Shown here piece after piece: positions 56,832 to 64,000 of a stretch of DNA of 64,000 nt; the first letter of the stretch is position 1, and each line of letters starts with the position of its first letter. The stretch covers positions 18,174 to 82,173 of the forward strand of contig CALGGM010000178.1 of assembly GCA_937915925.1 (NCBI GenBank), in the 5' to 3' direction. Below the pieces are notes generated by a model. The model worked only from the letters and a program-made list of their open reading frames with translations. It was not told the origin of the DNA and ran no database searches. The DNA comes from an uncultured Clostridia bacterium (GTDB lineage: Bacteria; Bacillota; Clostridia; Christensenellales; CAG-138). The translations under genes and the position numbers were made by a program.

Positions 56832-57627
56832 CATTACCCTCGGTCAATACGTTGCCGGCAATTCGGTGATCCATAAGCTCGACCCCAGAACGAAGATCGC
56901 TATGATGATCCTTTATATCGTCATGACGTTCCTGGTCAAAAAGATCTGGTTTATGGCGATCCCGTTTGCGTATCTGGTGCTGGAACTGATCCTTTCCGGG
57001 ATCTCGCTTCGGTATATCGTGAATTCGCTGAAACCGATTCGGTTTCTGCTGATCTTCATGTTCCTTTTGAATCTGTTTTTCACGAGCGGCGAGCATGTGT
57101 GGCTCGATCTCGGGTTCTGGAAGCTGACCGGTGAAGCGGTTATGCAGTCGTGCTTCCTTTCCGTTCGCATCATTCTGCTCGTTGCGGGCGCATCGATGCT
57201 GACGCTGACAACCTCGCCCATCGCGCTGACCGACGGCATCGAACGGCTGTTCATGCCGCTCAAAGTGTTCCACTTCCCCGCCCACGAGCTTGCAATGATG
57301 ATGACGATCGCGCTGCGGTTTGTGCCGACGCTGATGGACGAATCCGAAAAGATTCGAAACGCACAGATGTCGCGCGGCGCGGACTTTGAAAGCGGCAACA
57401 TCTTTAAGCGCGTGAAAAGCATGATCCCGATTCTGATCCCACTGTTCGTGTCCTCCTTCCGCAAGGCGGACGAACTGGCGACGGCGATGGAATCTCGCTG
57501 CTATCACGGCGGCGACGGAAGAACGCGCCTGCATCAGCTTCGGTTTCAAAAGACGGATCTCTTTGCGATCCTGATCACGCTTCTGTTCGTCGCGGTGCTG
57601 ATCGTGACGCTGGTGTTATTCTCATGA
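56824..57627 (+). CDS. ecfT: energy-coupling factor transporter transmembrane protein EcfT
   Basis: CbiQ-family polytopic protein with the ARG coupling-helix region (ALRFVP...MSRGADF). Confidence 0.9.
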   Translation: MRDITLGQYVAGNSVIHKLDPRTKIAMMILYIVMTFLVKKIWFMAIPFAYLVLELILSGISLRYIVNSLKPIRFLLIFMFLLNLFFTSGEHVWLDLGFWKLTGEAVMQSCFLSVRIILLVAGASMLTLTTSPIALTDGIERLFMPLKVFHFPAHELAMMMTIALRFVPTLMDESEKIRNAQMSRGADFESGNIFKRVKSMIPILIPLFVSSFRKADELATAMESRCYHGGDGRTRLHQLRFQKTDLFAILITLLFVAVLIVTLVLFS

Positions 57628-58400
57628 GACGCATTCGATCGATCATCTCCTATGACGGCACGAATTACGTCGGCTGGCAGGTTCAGCCGAACGGCGTTTC
57701 CGTGCAGGAGCTTTTGGAAAAAGCGCTGTTCGAGCTGACCGGCGAGACGATCCGGGTCGAGGGCTCCGGAAGAACGGACAGCGGCGTCCACGCAAGAGCG
57801 CAGGTCGCGCACTTCGATACGAACGCTCGTATGGCGGCGGACAAGTTCGCGATCGCCATGAACATGCATCTCCCGCCTGACATCCGCGTGCTGTATACCG
57901 AGGAATGCGATCCCGCCTTTCACGCAAGGTTTTCCGCGAAAACCAAGCAATACAGCTATACCGTGCAGCTCGGCGCGCATGCCGACGTGTTCACCCGAAT
58001 GACGGCGCTGCATCTTCACTATATGCCGAACGTTGAAGCGATGCAGAACGCGGCTGCCGCTGTGATCGGTACACACGATTTCAATGCGTTCAAATGTTCA
58101 GGCAGTTCAATGGAAAATACGGTACGCACCGTCACGCGCTCCGAATGGACCCGAAACGGGCAATATCTTACGTATACGGTTGAGGGGAACGGATTCCTCT
58201 ATAACATGGTTCGCATCCTTGTCGGAACGATGCTGGAGATCGGAAGCGGCAAGCGACCGGAAAGCGACATGCAAAAGGCGATCGACAGCGGCAAACGCAC
58301 CGATGCGGGCGCGACCGCACCCGCGCACGGGCTTTGCCTGATGCGCGTGATCTATCCGGACTTCGATACCGAGGAGGTTTTACGCCGTGAACGACCGTGA
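57624..58400 (+). CDS. truA: tRNA pseudouridine(38-40) synthase TruA
   Basis: YDGTNYVGWQ, catalytic Asp in GSGRTDSGVHA. Confidence 0.95.
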   Translation: MRRIRSIISYDGTNYVGWQVQPNGVSVQELLEKALFELTGETIRVEGSGRTDSGVHARAQVAHFDTNARMAADKFAIAMNMHLPPDIRVLYTEECDPAFHARFSAKTKQYSYTVQLGAHADVFTRMTALHLHYMPNVEAMQNAAAAVIGTHDFNAFKCSGSSMENTVRTVTRSEWTRNGQYLTYTVEGNGFLYNMVRILVGTMLEIGSGKRPESDMQKAIDSGKRTDAGATAPAHGLCLMRVIYPDFDTEEVLRRERP

Positions 58401-58830
58401 ATGGATGCGGGAAGCAATCAGGGAAGCGCAGCTCGCACTGTCGGAGAACGAGGTTCCCGTCGGCGCGATCGTCGTAAAGGACGGTAAAATCGTTTCGCAT
58501 GCGCATAACCGTTGCGTTGCCGAAAACGATCCTTTGCTGCATGCGGAGGTGCTTGCGCTGCACGAAGCGCATGAAACGCTTGGCTCGCTCGAAGGCTGTA
58601 CGCTTTATGTAACGCTGGAGCCCTGTGCCATGTGTACCGGCGCGATGATCCACCTGCACCTCCCCCGACTTGTCTACGGCGCGTTCGATCCGGCTTGCGG
58701 CTGCTGTGGGTCTAAGGTTGATTTCGGCGATCATTGGTTCGACCATTCAGTCGAAACGGTCGGCGGGATTTGTGAGGAAGAATGCGCCGCGCTGTTAAAA
58801 AACTTCTTCAAAACTTTAAGAAACGAATAA
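58387..58830 (+). CDS. tadA: tRNA adenosine(34) deaminase TadA
   Basis: CDA zinc motifs HAEVLAL and PCAMCTGA. 147 aa. Confidence 0.95.
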   Translation: MNDREWMREAIREAQLALSENEVPVGAIVVKDGKIVSHAHNRCVAENDPLLHAEVLALHEAHETLGSLEGCTLYVTLEPCAMCTGAMIHLHLPRLVYGAFDPACGCCGSKVDFGDHWFDHSVETVGGICEEECAALLKNFFKTLRNE

Positions 58831-58836
58831 TTTTTG

Positions 58837-58865
58837 TTGCAATTTTGAAAGGTTTGCGTTATACT
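58837..58865 (+). promoter_or_regulatory. sigma-A-type promoter of tRNA-Ser
   Basis: TTGCAA-N17-TATACT, 22 nt before the tRNA 5' end. Confidence 0.6.
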
Positions 58866-58887
58866 ATCAATCGTGCCTCAGATACAT

Positions 58888-58981
58888 GGAGACGTATCGA
58901 AGTGGTCATAACGAGAACGACTCGAAATCGTTTGACTGGTGATGAGCCGGTCCGTGGGTTCGAATCCCACCGTCTCCGCCA
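58888..58981 (+). tRNA. tRNA-Ser (anticodon CGA), CCA encoded
   Basis: Manual cloverleaf: acceptor GGAGACG/CGTCTCC, anticodon stem AACGA/TCGTT with loop CTCGAAA, long variable arm GACTGG...CCGGTC, T arm GTGGG-TTCGAAT-CCCAC. Confidence 0.93.
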
Positions 58982-58984
58982 ATG

Positions 58985-59010
58985 AAAAAGCCGCCGCAAG
59001 GCGGTTTTTT
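58985..59010 (+). terminator. Intrinsic terminator of tRNA-Ser
   Basis: AAAAAG-CCGCC-gcaa-GGCGG-TTTTTT (GNRA loop, 6-U tract). Confidence 0.85.
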
Positions 59011-59022
59011 CATTGGCGGAAT

Positions 59023-59131
59023 GATGTGTTCCGTCTAAGCGGAACACATCGCATCACTTTGCGGCAAAGCCGCAATACATCACAGTTTGCAAAGCAAACT
59101 GCATCACTGGCGCCGCGGGCGCAAACATCAT
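59023..59131 (+). repeat. Phased array of four distinct perfect hairpins separated by CATCAC linkers
   Basis: Hairpins at 59023-59050 (11 bp), 59059-59075 (7 bp, AAA loop), 59083-59101 (8 bp, AAA loop) and 59110-59122 (5 bp GC). CATCAC occurs at 59052, 59078 and 59102, and CATCAT at 59126, giving unit lengths of 26, 24 and 24 bp. Confidence 0.85.
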
Positions 59132-59156
59132 TATATATCGCGAAAACCTCTTTTAG

Positions 59157-59185
59157 TTGTTCTTCTCCCCCTGTTGTGGTATACT
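59157..59185 (+). promoter_or_regulatory. Candidate promoter of the GNAT gene
   Basis: TTGTTC-N17-TATACT with TG extension (TGGTATACT). Confidence 0.45.
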
Positions 59186-59216
59186 TTCTCTGATAAACTT
59201 TTATGGAGAAGAAACC

Positions 59217-59717
59217 GTGCTTGATATTACAAAGTTCAGCCGTACCTACAGCGTTCGCAGAATGCGCGAGTCCGATGCGGACGCGATCCTTGCGATTTTG
59301 GAAGGCAATCCGCAGTACTGTCAATATTGCGGCAAATCACCGTCCAAAGAAGAAATTCTGATCGATCTCACAATCACGCCGCCAAATATTTCGGCGGACG
59401 CAAAATATTACGTTGGGTTTTACGATCATGAAACGTTGGTCGCGGTCATGGATCTGATCGAGGGATATCCGAGCCCCGATTGCCTTTTCATCGGCTTCTT
59501 TATGATGGATCGAAAATTTCAGGGTAAGGAGATCGGAACCGGTATGATTGGTGAGCTTTTACAGTATGCAAAAGAAATCGGCTTTTCAACCGTCCGTTTA
59601 GGGATCGACAAAGGGAATCCGCAGTCCACGCACTTTTGGGGCAAGAACGGATTTCGCGTGATCAAAGAGATCAAGCAGGATGTCGGAACGATTTTGCTTG
59701 CGGAACGGACACTTTGA
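59217..59717 (+). CDS. GNAT family N-acetyltransferase
   Basis: Probable GTG start at 59217 (GGAGAAG RBS). The acetyl-CoA motif region FQGKEIGTGMIGELLQYAKEIGF fits the Q/RxxGxG/A pattern. Confidence 0.8.
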   Translation: MLDITKFSRTYSVRRMRESDADAILAILEGNPQYCQYCGKSPSKEEILIDLTITPPNISADAKYYVGFYDHETLVAVMDLIEGYPSPDCLFIGFFMMDRKFQGKEIGTGMIGELLQYAKEIGFSTVRLGIDKGNPQSTHFWGKNGFRVIKEIKQDVGTILLAERTL

Positions 59718-59724
59718 TTTCGGT

Positions 59725-60102
59725 TTACATTCCGATTACGTTTCGCACAACGCCCCATAAAAGAAGGATCGCGACGAGCGCCCAACAGGAAATCTGCTCA
59801 AGGCGGGTTGTTTTAACAGATCCGTATCGAATATAGCGGTATGCCCTCGATGCGAACAGAATAAACAGGATCGGGCTGAGGCACAAGAGCGCCGCGTTAT
59901 GATGAAAGGCGGATACAAAGTCGAGATGTACAAGGCTATGCATCATGCGCGTAACGCCGCAGCCGGGACAGTTCAGCCCGGTGATCAGATGAAAGATGCA
60001 AGGGATTCCAAAGCCTGCGAAGCGATACAAAGCCAAATAAGCGCAGCCGAGAAGAAAGACGGCTGCGCCAACGATGAGACTTTTTCTTGCGCGTTCTTGC
60101 AT
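59725..60102 (-). CDS. DUF2752 domain-containing membrane protein
   Basis: Hallmark CPGCGVTR motif after the first TM helix. 125 aa. Its start overlaps the stop of the upstream gene by 1 nt. Confidence 0.8.
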   Translation of the reverse strand: MQERARKSLIVGAAVFLLGCAYLALYRFAGFGIPCIFHLITGLNCPGCGVTRMMHSLVHLDFVSAFHHNAALLCLSPILFILFASRAYRYIRYGSVKTTRLEQISCWALVAILLLWGVVRNVIGM

Positions 60103-60635
60103 TATGCGTCGATCGCAACCTTGTTCAGCTCAAGCTGAATGAGGCAGTACACGACGATGCTGAGCCCGAAGATGGACAGAAGCAGGTATAGGAGACTGGA
60201 ATTTGCAGGCGCTTCTCCGTTGAGCTGACGGATTTTGTCGACCTTTTCACCTGCATGATACAGCCAGATCCAACCGTAGATGCCGAACGTGACGATCGTC
60301 AGCAGGATGATCATGCCCGCGCTCTTGTCTTCGGGCGTCTGCGCGGCTGCATTCAGGTCGTTGATCAGATAGATGAACCAAACCAGTCCGTAGATGCCGC
60401 AGGTGACGATCGAAAGAATGACCGAGATCGCGATGTCGCGCTTTTTGATATTTGCACGATAGCCGCCGGCGGTGCGGTTCGGCGCGGTGTAAACGGTCTG
60501 ATTGGCGCCGGTATTGGCCTGCTGATAGCCGCTGTTTTGATTCTGCGTATCGGAACCCGCAACGGGCGCGCCGCAGTTGGAACAGAATTTGTTTCCTTCC
60601 GGGATTTGTGCCCCGCAATTGGTGCAAAATGCCAT
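60102..60635 (-). CDS. zinc-ribbon / DUF4234-type membrane protein
   Basis: N-terminal CTNC...CSNC zinc ribbon, a low-complexity Q/N/G linker, and a C-terminal multi-TM region with repeated CGIYGLVW / FGIYGWIW motifs typical of DUF4234. Confidence 0.75.
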   Translation of the reverse strand: MAFCTNCGAQIPEGNKFCSNCGAPVAGSDTQNQNSGYQQANTGANQTVYTAPNRTAGGYRANIKKRDIAISVILSIVTCGIYGLVWFIYLINDLNAAAQTPEDKSAGMIILLTIVTFGIYGWIWLYHAGEKVDKIRQLNGEAPANSSLLYLLLSIFGLSIVVYCLIQLELNKVAIDA

Positions 60636-60739
60636 AATGATAACCTCCGTTTTGTTTTCGAACTCATTCTATATCAACGTCTTAGGAAAGTCAAGAACGC
60701 GTCGCGAAAAATCATGTTCCGATCCTGCAATCTTTTCTC

Positions 60740-60768
60740 TTGCAATCGTCGGCGTTATTCGCTATAAT
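60740..60768 (+). promoter_or_regulatory. sigma-A-type promoter of pfp
   Basis: TTGCAA-N17-TATAAT, 28 nt before the ATG. Confidence 0.65.
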
Positions 60769-60796
60769 ATATGCGCATTTTGATTTGGAGGAAACT

Positions 60797-62065
60797 ATGA
60801 ACAACGAACTGATTGGCAACTGCATCGTCGGACAGTCGGGCGGACCGACTTCCGTTATCAACGCGAGCATTTACGGCGTTATTCGTACCGCGCTCGATGA
60901 CCCGCATATCAACAAGGTCTACGGCGCTGCGCACGGCATCCGCGGCATCCTGGACGACGTCCTGTATGACATGGGCAAGGAAGCTCCGTATGAACTCTCC
61001 CTGCTTCTGAATACCCCGTCCTCTGCGCTCGGCTCCTGCCGTTATAAGCTGAAGGACTATGAAGAGGATGAGACGGACTATATCCGCATTCTGGAGATCT
61101 TCCAGAAGTACGACGTCCGTTACTTCTTCTACAACGGCGGCAACGACTCCATGGATACCTGCAACAAGATCAGCAAGTACTTCCAGCATGTCGGCTATGA
61201 CTGCCGCGTTATGGGCGTTCCGAAGACGATCGACAACGACCTCTACGGCACCGACCACTGCCCCGGCTTCCCGTCCGCTGCGCGCTACATTGTCAGCACC
61301 TGCATGGAGCTGTACCTCGACGCGCGCGTGTATGACACGCCGATGATCTGCGTCGTTGAGATCATGGGCCGTCACGCGGGTTGGCTCGCCGCAAGCGCAG
61401 CCGCCGCAACGTACACAGGCTTCGGGCCGGACCTTATTTATCTGCCCGAGACGGACTTCGATGTCGATGAATTTATCGCAGATGTACGCGAGGTCTATGA
61501 GGACGGCGGCAAGGTCTTTATCGCCGTTTCCGAAGGCATTCATGACAAGACCGGCAAGCTGATCTCCGAGTACGGCTCCGACGATATCGCGACCGATTCG
61601 TTCGGTCATAAGCAGCTCGGCGGACTTGCGCAGACGCTTGTGAGCATCTTAAAGCAGCATTTCAAGGACACCAAGATCCGCGGCATCGAGTTCTCCCTGC
61701 TGCAGCGCTGCGCGTCTCACGCGGCTTCGCAGACCGATATTTCCGAGTCCTTCGAAGCGGGCCGCATGGCGGTTGAATACGCGGTTCACGGCATCACCGA
61801 CAAGATGGTCGGCTTCCGCCGCAAGACCGACGATGAGGGCAACTACAAGTGCGAGATCAAGCTGATCGACCTCGACGCATGCGCGAACACCGAGCGCAAG
61901 GTCCCGCGCGAGTGGATCAACTCCCGCGGCAACGGGCTTCGCAAGCCGTACATCGACTATCTGCTGCCTCTGATCCAGGGCGATCCGAAGATCCCGCTGC
62001 AGAACGGTCTTCCCCGCTTTGCGAATCTTAAGAAGATCAAGGCAAAGCCCCCGCGCCAGAAGTAA
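60797..62065 (+). CDS. pfp: phosphofructokinase, predicted PPi-dependent (diphosphate--fructose-6-phosphate 1-phosphotransferase)
   Basis: Start moved to ATG 60797 (GGAGG RBS). GQSGGPT, GGNDS (Asp where ATP-PFKs have Gly104), PKTIDND (Lys where ATP-PFKs have Gly124), MGRHAG. Confidence 0.85.
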   Translation: MNNELIGNCIVGQSGGPTSVINASIYGVIRTALDDPHINKVYGAAHGIRGILDDVLYDMGKEAPYELSLLLNTPSSALGSCRYKLKDYEEDETDYIRILEIFQKYDVRYFFYNGGNDSMDTCNKISKYFQHVGYDCRVMGVPKTIDNDLYGTDHCPGFPSAARYIVSTCMELYLDARVYDTPMICVVEIMGRHAGWLAASAAAATYTGFGPDLIYLPETDFDVDEFIADVREVYEDGGKVFIAVSEGIHDKTGKLISEYGSDDIATDSFGHKQLGGLAQTLVSILKQHFKDTKIRGIEFSLLQRCASHAASQTDISESFEAGRMAVEYAVHGITDKMVGFRRKTDDEGNYKCEIKLIDLDACANTERKVPREWINSRGNGLRKPYIDYLLPLIQGDPKIPLQNGLPRFANLKKIKAKPPRQK

Positions 62066-62083
62066 ATATCAAACGATTGATTG

Positions 62084-62113
62084 GAAGGGATGAAAAAACA
62101 TCCCTTCTTTTTT
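62084..62113 (+). terminator. Intrinsic terminator of pfp
   Basis: GAAGGGATG-aaaaaa-CATCCCTTC followed by TTTTTTATTT. Confidence 0.85.
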
Positions 62114-62222
62114 ATTTAAGAACAGTTGATAACAAAAGAATTACAACTCTGAAACGAATTGATGACAATTCTGTCGCATTTTCATGGTACAATGAAGCTA
62201 TCAACATATTGAGGGGCATATC

Positions 62223-62882
62223 ATGAAAAATCGAATCTTGGTTGTGGAGGACGATCTTGCGATCGCGGAGGCGATCGAACTCAATCTTACGCTGTCGGAG
62301 TATGCGTGCAAGGTGTTTCACGACGGCGCCGACGCGGCGGCGTATCTATCGGAGGATCATTCCTTTGACCTCGCACTCTTGGACGTCATGCTGCCGGGGC
62401 TTGATGGGTTCTCGTTGATGGAGCACATGGAGCGCTACGGGATCCCGGTTCTTTATCTGACGGCTAAGATCGATCTTGCGTCAAAGATCAAGGGCCTGCG
62501 GCTCGGCGCTGAGGACTATATCGTAAAGCCGTTTGAAATGCTTGAGCTCTTGGTGCGCATGGAAAAGATCCTTGCAAGAACGGGAAAGCTTGATCGCATC
62601 TTACGCTATCACGACGTCGTGCTCGATTGCACAAACCGCACCGTGACAAAATCCGGCGAGCCGGTCTCGCTGCAGCCTTTGGAATTCGATCTACTTGCCA
62701 TGCTGATCCGATTCAAAAACTGCACGCTTTCGCGCGACCGGATCCTAAACGAGATCTGGGGATACGACTTTGCGGGCGGTACAAGAACCGTTGATATTCA
62801 TATCGCGCATCTTCGAAAGAAGCTCGGATTGGAGCGTTCCATCGTTTCGGTCATGAAGCTCGGATACCGTTTGGAGGACTAA
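62223..62882 (+). CDS. OmpR-family response regulator
   Basis: Receiver (EDD...LLDVMLP...K) plus winged helix (TVDIHIAHLRKKL). Confidence 0.93.
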   Translation: MKNRILVVEDDLAIAEAIELNLTLSEYACKVFHDGADAAAYLSEDHSFDLALLDVMLPGLDGFSLMEHMERYGIPVLYLTAKIDLASKIKGLRLGAEDYIVKPFEMLELLVRMEKILARTGKLDRILRYHDVVLDCTNRTVTKSGEPVSLQPLEFDLLAMLIRFKNCTLSRDRILNEIWGYDFAGGTRTVDIHIAHLRKKLGLERSIVSVMKLGYRLED

Positions 62883-64000
62883 ATGCGGCTGAAAGCAAAA
62901 ATCGTCCTCGGGACGTCCGTATTTCTGCTTGCGGCGGTTGCGCTCTGCTGCATCATGTTTCTGTGCTTTACGCGCGAGCAGCTTGAAGAAAAGGCGGTTG
63001 AAACCGCGCTTTCGGAGTATCAGAACGTTTGGAACAAGTTTTACGGCTGGATGTCGCTTCCTGAGGATCCCTTGATCGAAAGAAGCTTTTTGAAACAGCG
63101 CATGTCCTCGATCGCCAACACCTCCGAATATACGCTTTACGCAAACGGTGATTATCTCATCAACAACTGTGGCTTTGCCCCGGATCCGTATCTTGATGCT
63201 TCCGCGGACGCGTCCGAGGAACTATACACGTATGCGCTGATGCGTTTTGAAGGAACCTCCTATCTGATTGTCGGCAAACGTGCAGAGGTCTATCCCACCG
63301 AAATCTCGATCTGTCTGGTAAGAAGCCTATCAGAGCTCGATTCGTCCATGAACGCATTGACCAACAAAAGCATCGCCATCGGCGCCGCCGTCTCCGTCCT
63401 CTCCCTCGCCCTTACCTATCTGTTCTGCACGCTCTCGCTGAAGGGTGTTAAAAAGCTCTCAGACGGTGCAAACGCCCTTGCAACGGGGCAGATGCACACG
63501 AGGATCGATATCCGACAAACGGACGAAATCGGCGCGCTGGCGAAGGATTTCAACCTGATGGCGGACGCGATCGAACGGAACATGGACGCGCTTTGCGAGC
63601 AAAACGAACGCAAACAGCAGTTTATCAACGACCTGAGCCATGAAATGAAAACGCCGGTCACGTCGCTTTTGATCAACAGCGAAACGATGGCTTTACGAAC
63701 CGTTTCCATGGAGGACATGCGCCGCATGGCAAATCGGATCCACGAGCAGGCGCAATGGATCGAACGCCTTTCGCAAAAGCTGATGCAGCTTGTACTGCTG
63801 CAAAGCGACGTCGACCGCTCCCCCGTTCCCGCCGCCGATCTCTTTGATGCGGTCCGTGAAACCGTTTTGGATTCTCTGAACCGATCCTTCGTCACCTTAA
63901 AAACCGAAGCGCACGGAGAAACCTATTCGATCGACTTTGATCTCTTTCGTTCCGCGCTTGTGAATCTGATCGAGAACGCGATCAAGGCGTCCGAACCGAA
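62883..64000 (+). CDS. sensor histidine kinase (TM-sensor-TM-HAMP-HisKA-HATPase), 3' end cut by window edge
   Basis: Not in the ORF track because there is no stop in the window. The ATG directly follows the RR TAA. My translation gives MRLKAKIVLGTSVFLLAAVAL..., HAMP (IGALAKDFNLMADAI), H-box LSHEMKTPVTS and N-box LVNLIENAIKA. Confidence 0.88.
   Translation, partial: MRLKAKIVLGTSVFLLAAVALCCIMFLCFTREQLEEKAVETALSEYQNVWNKFYGWMSLPEDPLIERSFLKQRMSSIANTSEYTLYANGDYLINNCGFAPDPYLDASADASEELYTYALMRFEGTSYLIVGKRAEVYPTEISICLVRSLSELDSSMNALTNKSIAIGAAVSVLSLALTYLFCTLSLKGVKKLSDGANALATGQMHTRIDIRQTDEIGALAKDFNLMADAIERNMDALCEQNERKQQFINDLSHEMKTPVTSLLINSETMALRTVSMEDMRRMANRIHEQAQWIERLSQKLMQLVLLQSDVDRSPVPAADLFDAVRETVLDSLNRSFVTLKTEAHGETYSIDFDLFRSALVNLIENAIKASEP

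Noticed and set aside
59023-59131. Hairpin array considered as a degenerate CRISPR array.
   Set aside because: The constant part is only 6 nt (CATCAC). Units are 24-26 bp, and the variable parts are themselves palindromes. No cas genes or leader are present in the window.
58939-59193. 84-aa plus-strand ORF and 62-aa minus-strand ORF (58859-59047) over tRNA-Ser and the hairpins.
   Set aside because: They start inside the tRNA gene or terminator, have no RBS, and translate the hairpin repeats into low-complexity sequence.
58888-59216. tRNA-Ser 3' end as an integration site (attL/attR) of a genomic island.
   Set aside because: I found no second copy of the tRNA 3' segment (GGGTTCGAATCCCACCGTCTCC) downstream in the window. 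There is no integrase next to it, and the flanking genes (GNAT, DUF proteins, pfp) show no mobile-element hallmarks.

Overview
This is a gene-dense, GC-rich 64-kb chromosomal segment. It reads as core genome of a spore-forming member of the Clostridia: two alpha/beta-type SASP genes, spoIIID, a Cheo-type LexA box, DegV, an ECF transporter module and a class A RNase P RNA. I can support 65 protein-coding genes (the first and last cut by the window edges), tRNA-Ala(GGC), tRNA-Ser(CGA), rnpB, about a dozen sigma-A-type promoters and about a dozen intrinsic terminators.

Gene blocks in order:
- 1-9.4 kb: SsuC-type ABC transporter, two alpha/beta hydrolases plus a NagB-like protein, yebC, asp23-yloV-recG, and 2 SASP genes.
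- 9.5-20 kb: miaB, ricA-like, mutS, mutL, miaA, lexA, an XerS-like recombinase, rnhA.
- 20-29 kb: SPOR protein, two-component system, PBP1A, tRNA-Ala, thyA-folA, and a J-domain/zinc-ribbon membrane pair.
- 29-38 kb: degV plus a 789-aa polytopic membrane protein, a cysteine-desulfidase-like gene, then rnpB at the tail of an HMA-mnmA-trmK-nif3-COG1579 operon.
- 38-43.6 kb: glyQS, recD2, comFC, spoIIID, murI.
- 43.7-54.3 kb: a yedE-tusA-DUF3343 / class V desulfurase Se/S module beside a complete oxidative ornithine (Stickland) operon, ord-ortA-ortB-oraS-oraE-glmL-like-orr.
- 54.3-64 kb: birA, ecfA-ecfA'-ecfT-truA-tadA, tRNA-Ser, GNAT, DUF2752/DUF4234, PPi-type pfk, and a second two-component system.

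I saw no CRISPR array, cas genes, transposase, prophage or recognisable defence island. I do not see a convincing novel multi-gene system.

The best leads are small-scale:
1. A perfect 14-6-14 inverted repeat upstream of the lone XerS-like recombinase.
2. A phased array of four hairpins with CATCAC linkers after tRNA-Ser.
3. A hidden 65-codon Cys/Gly/Asn-rich micro-protein gene with a sporulation-type promoter.
4. Some unusual operon couplings: HMA-mnmA...rnpB, degV with the giant membrane protein, and the mirror-symmetric yedE/csd promoters.

Many long ORFs in the supplied track are antisense artefacts of the high GC content.
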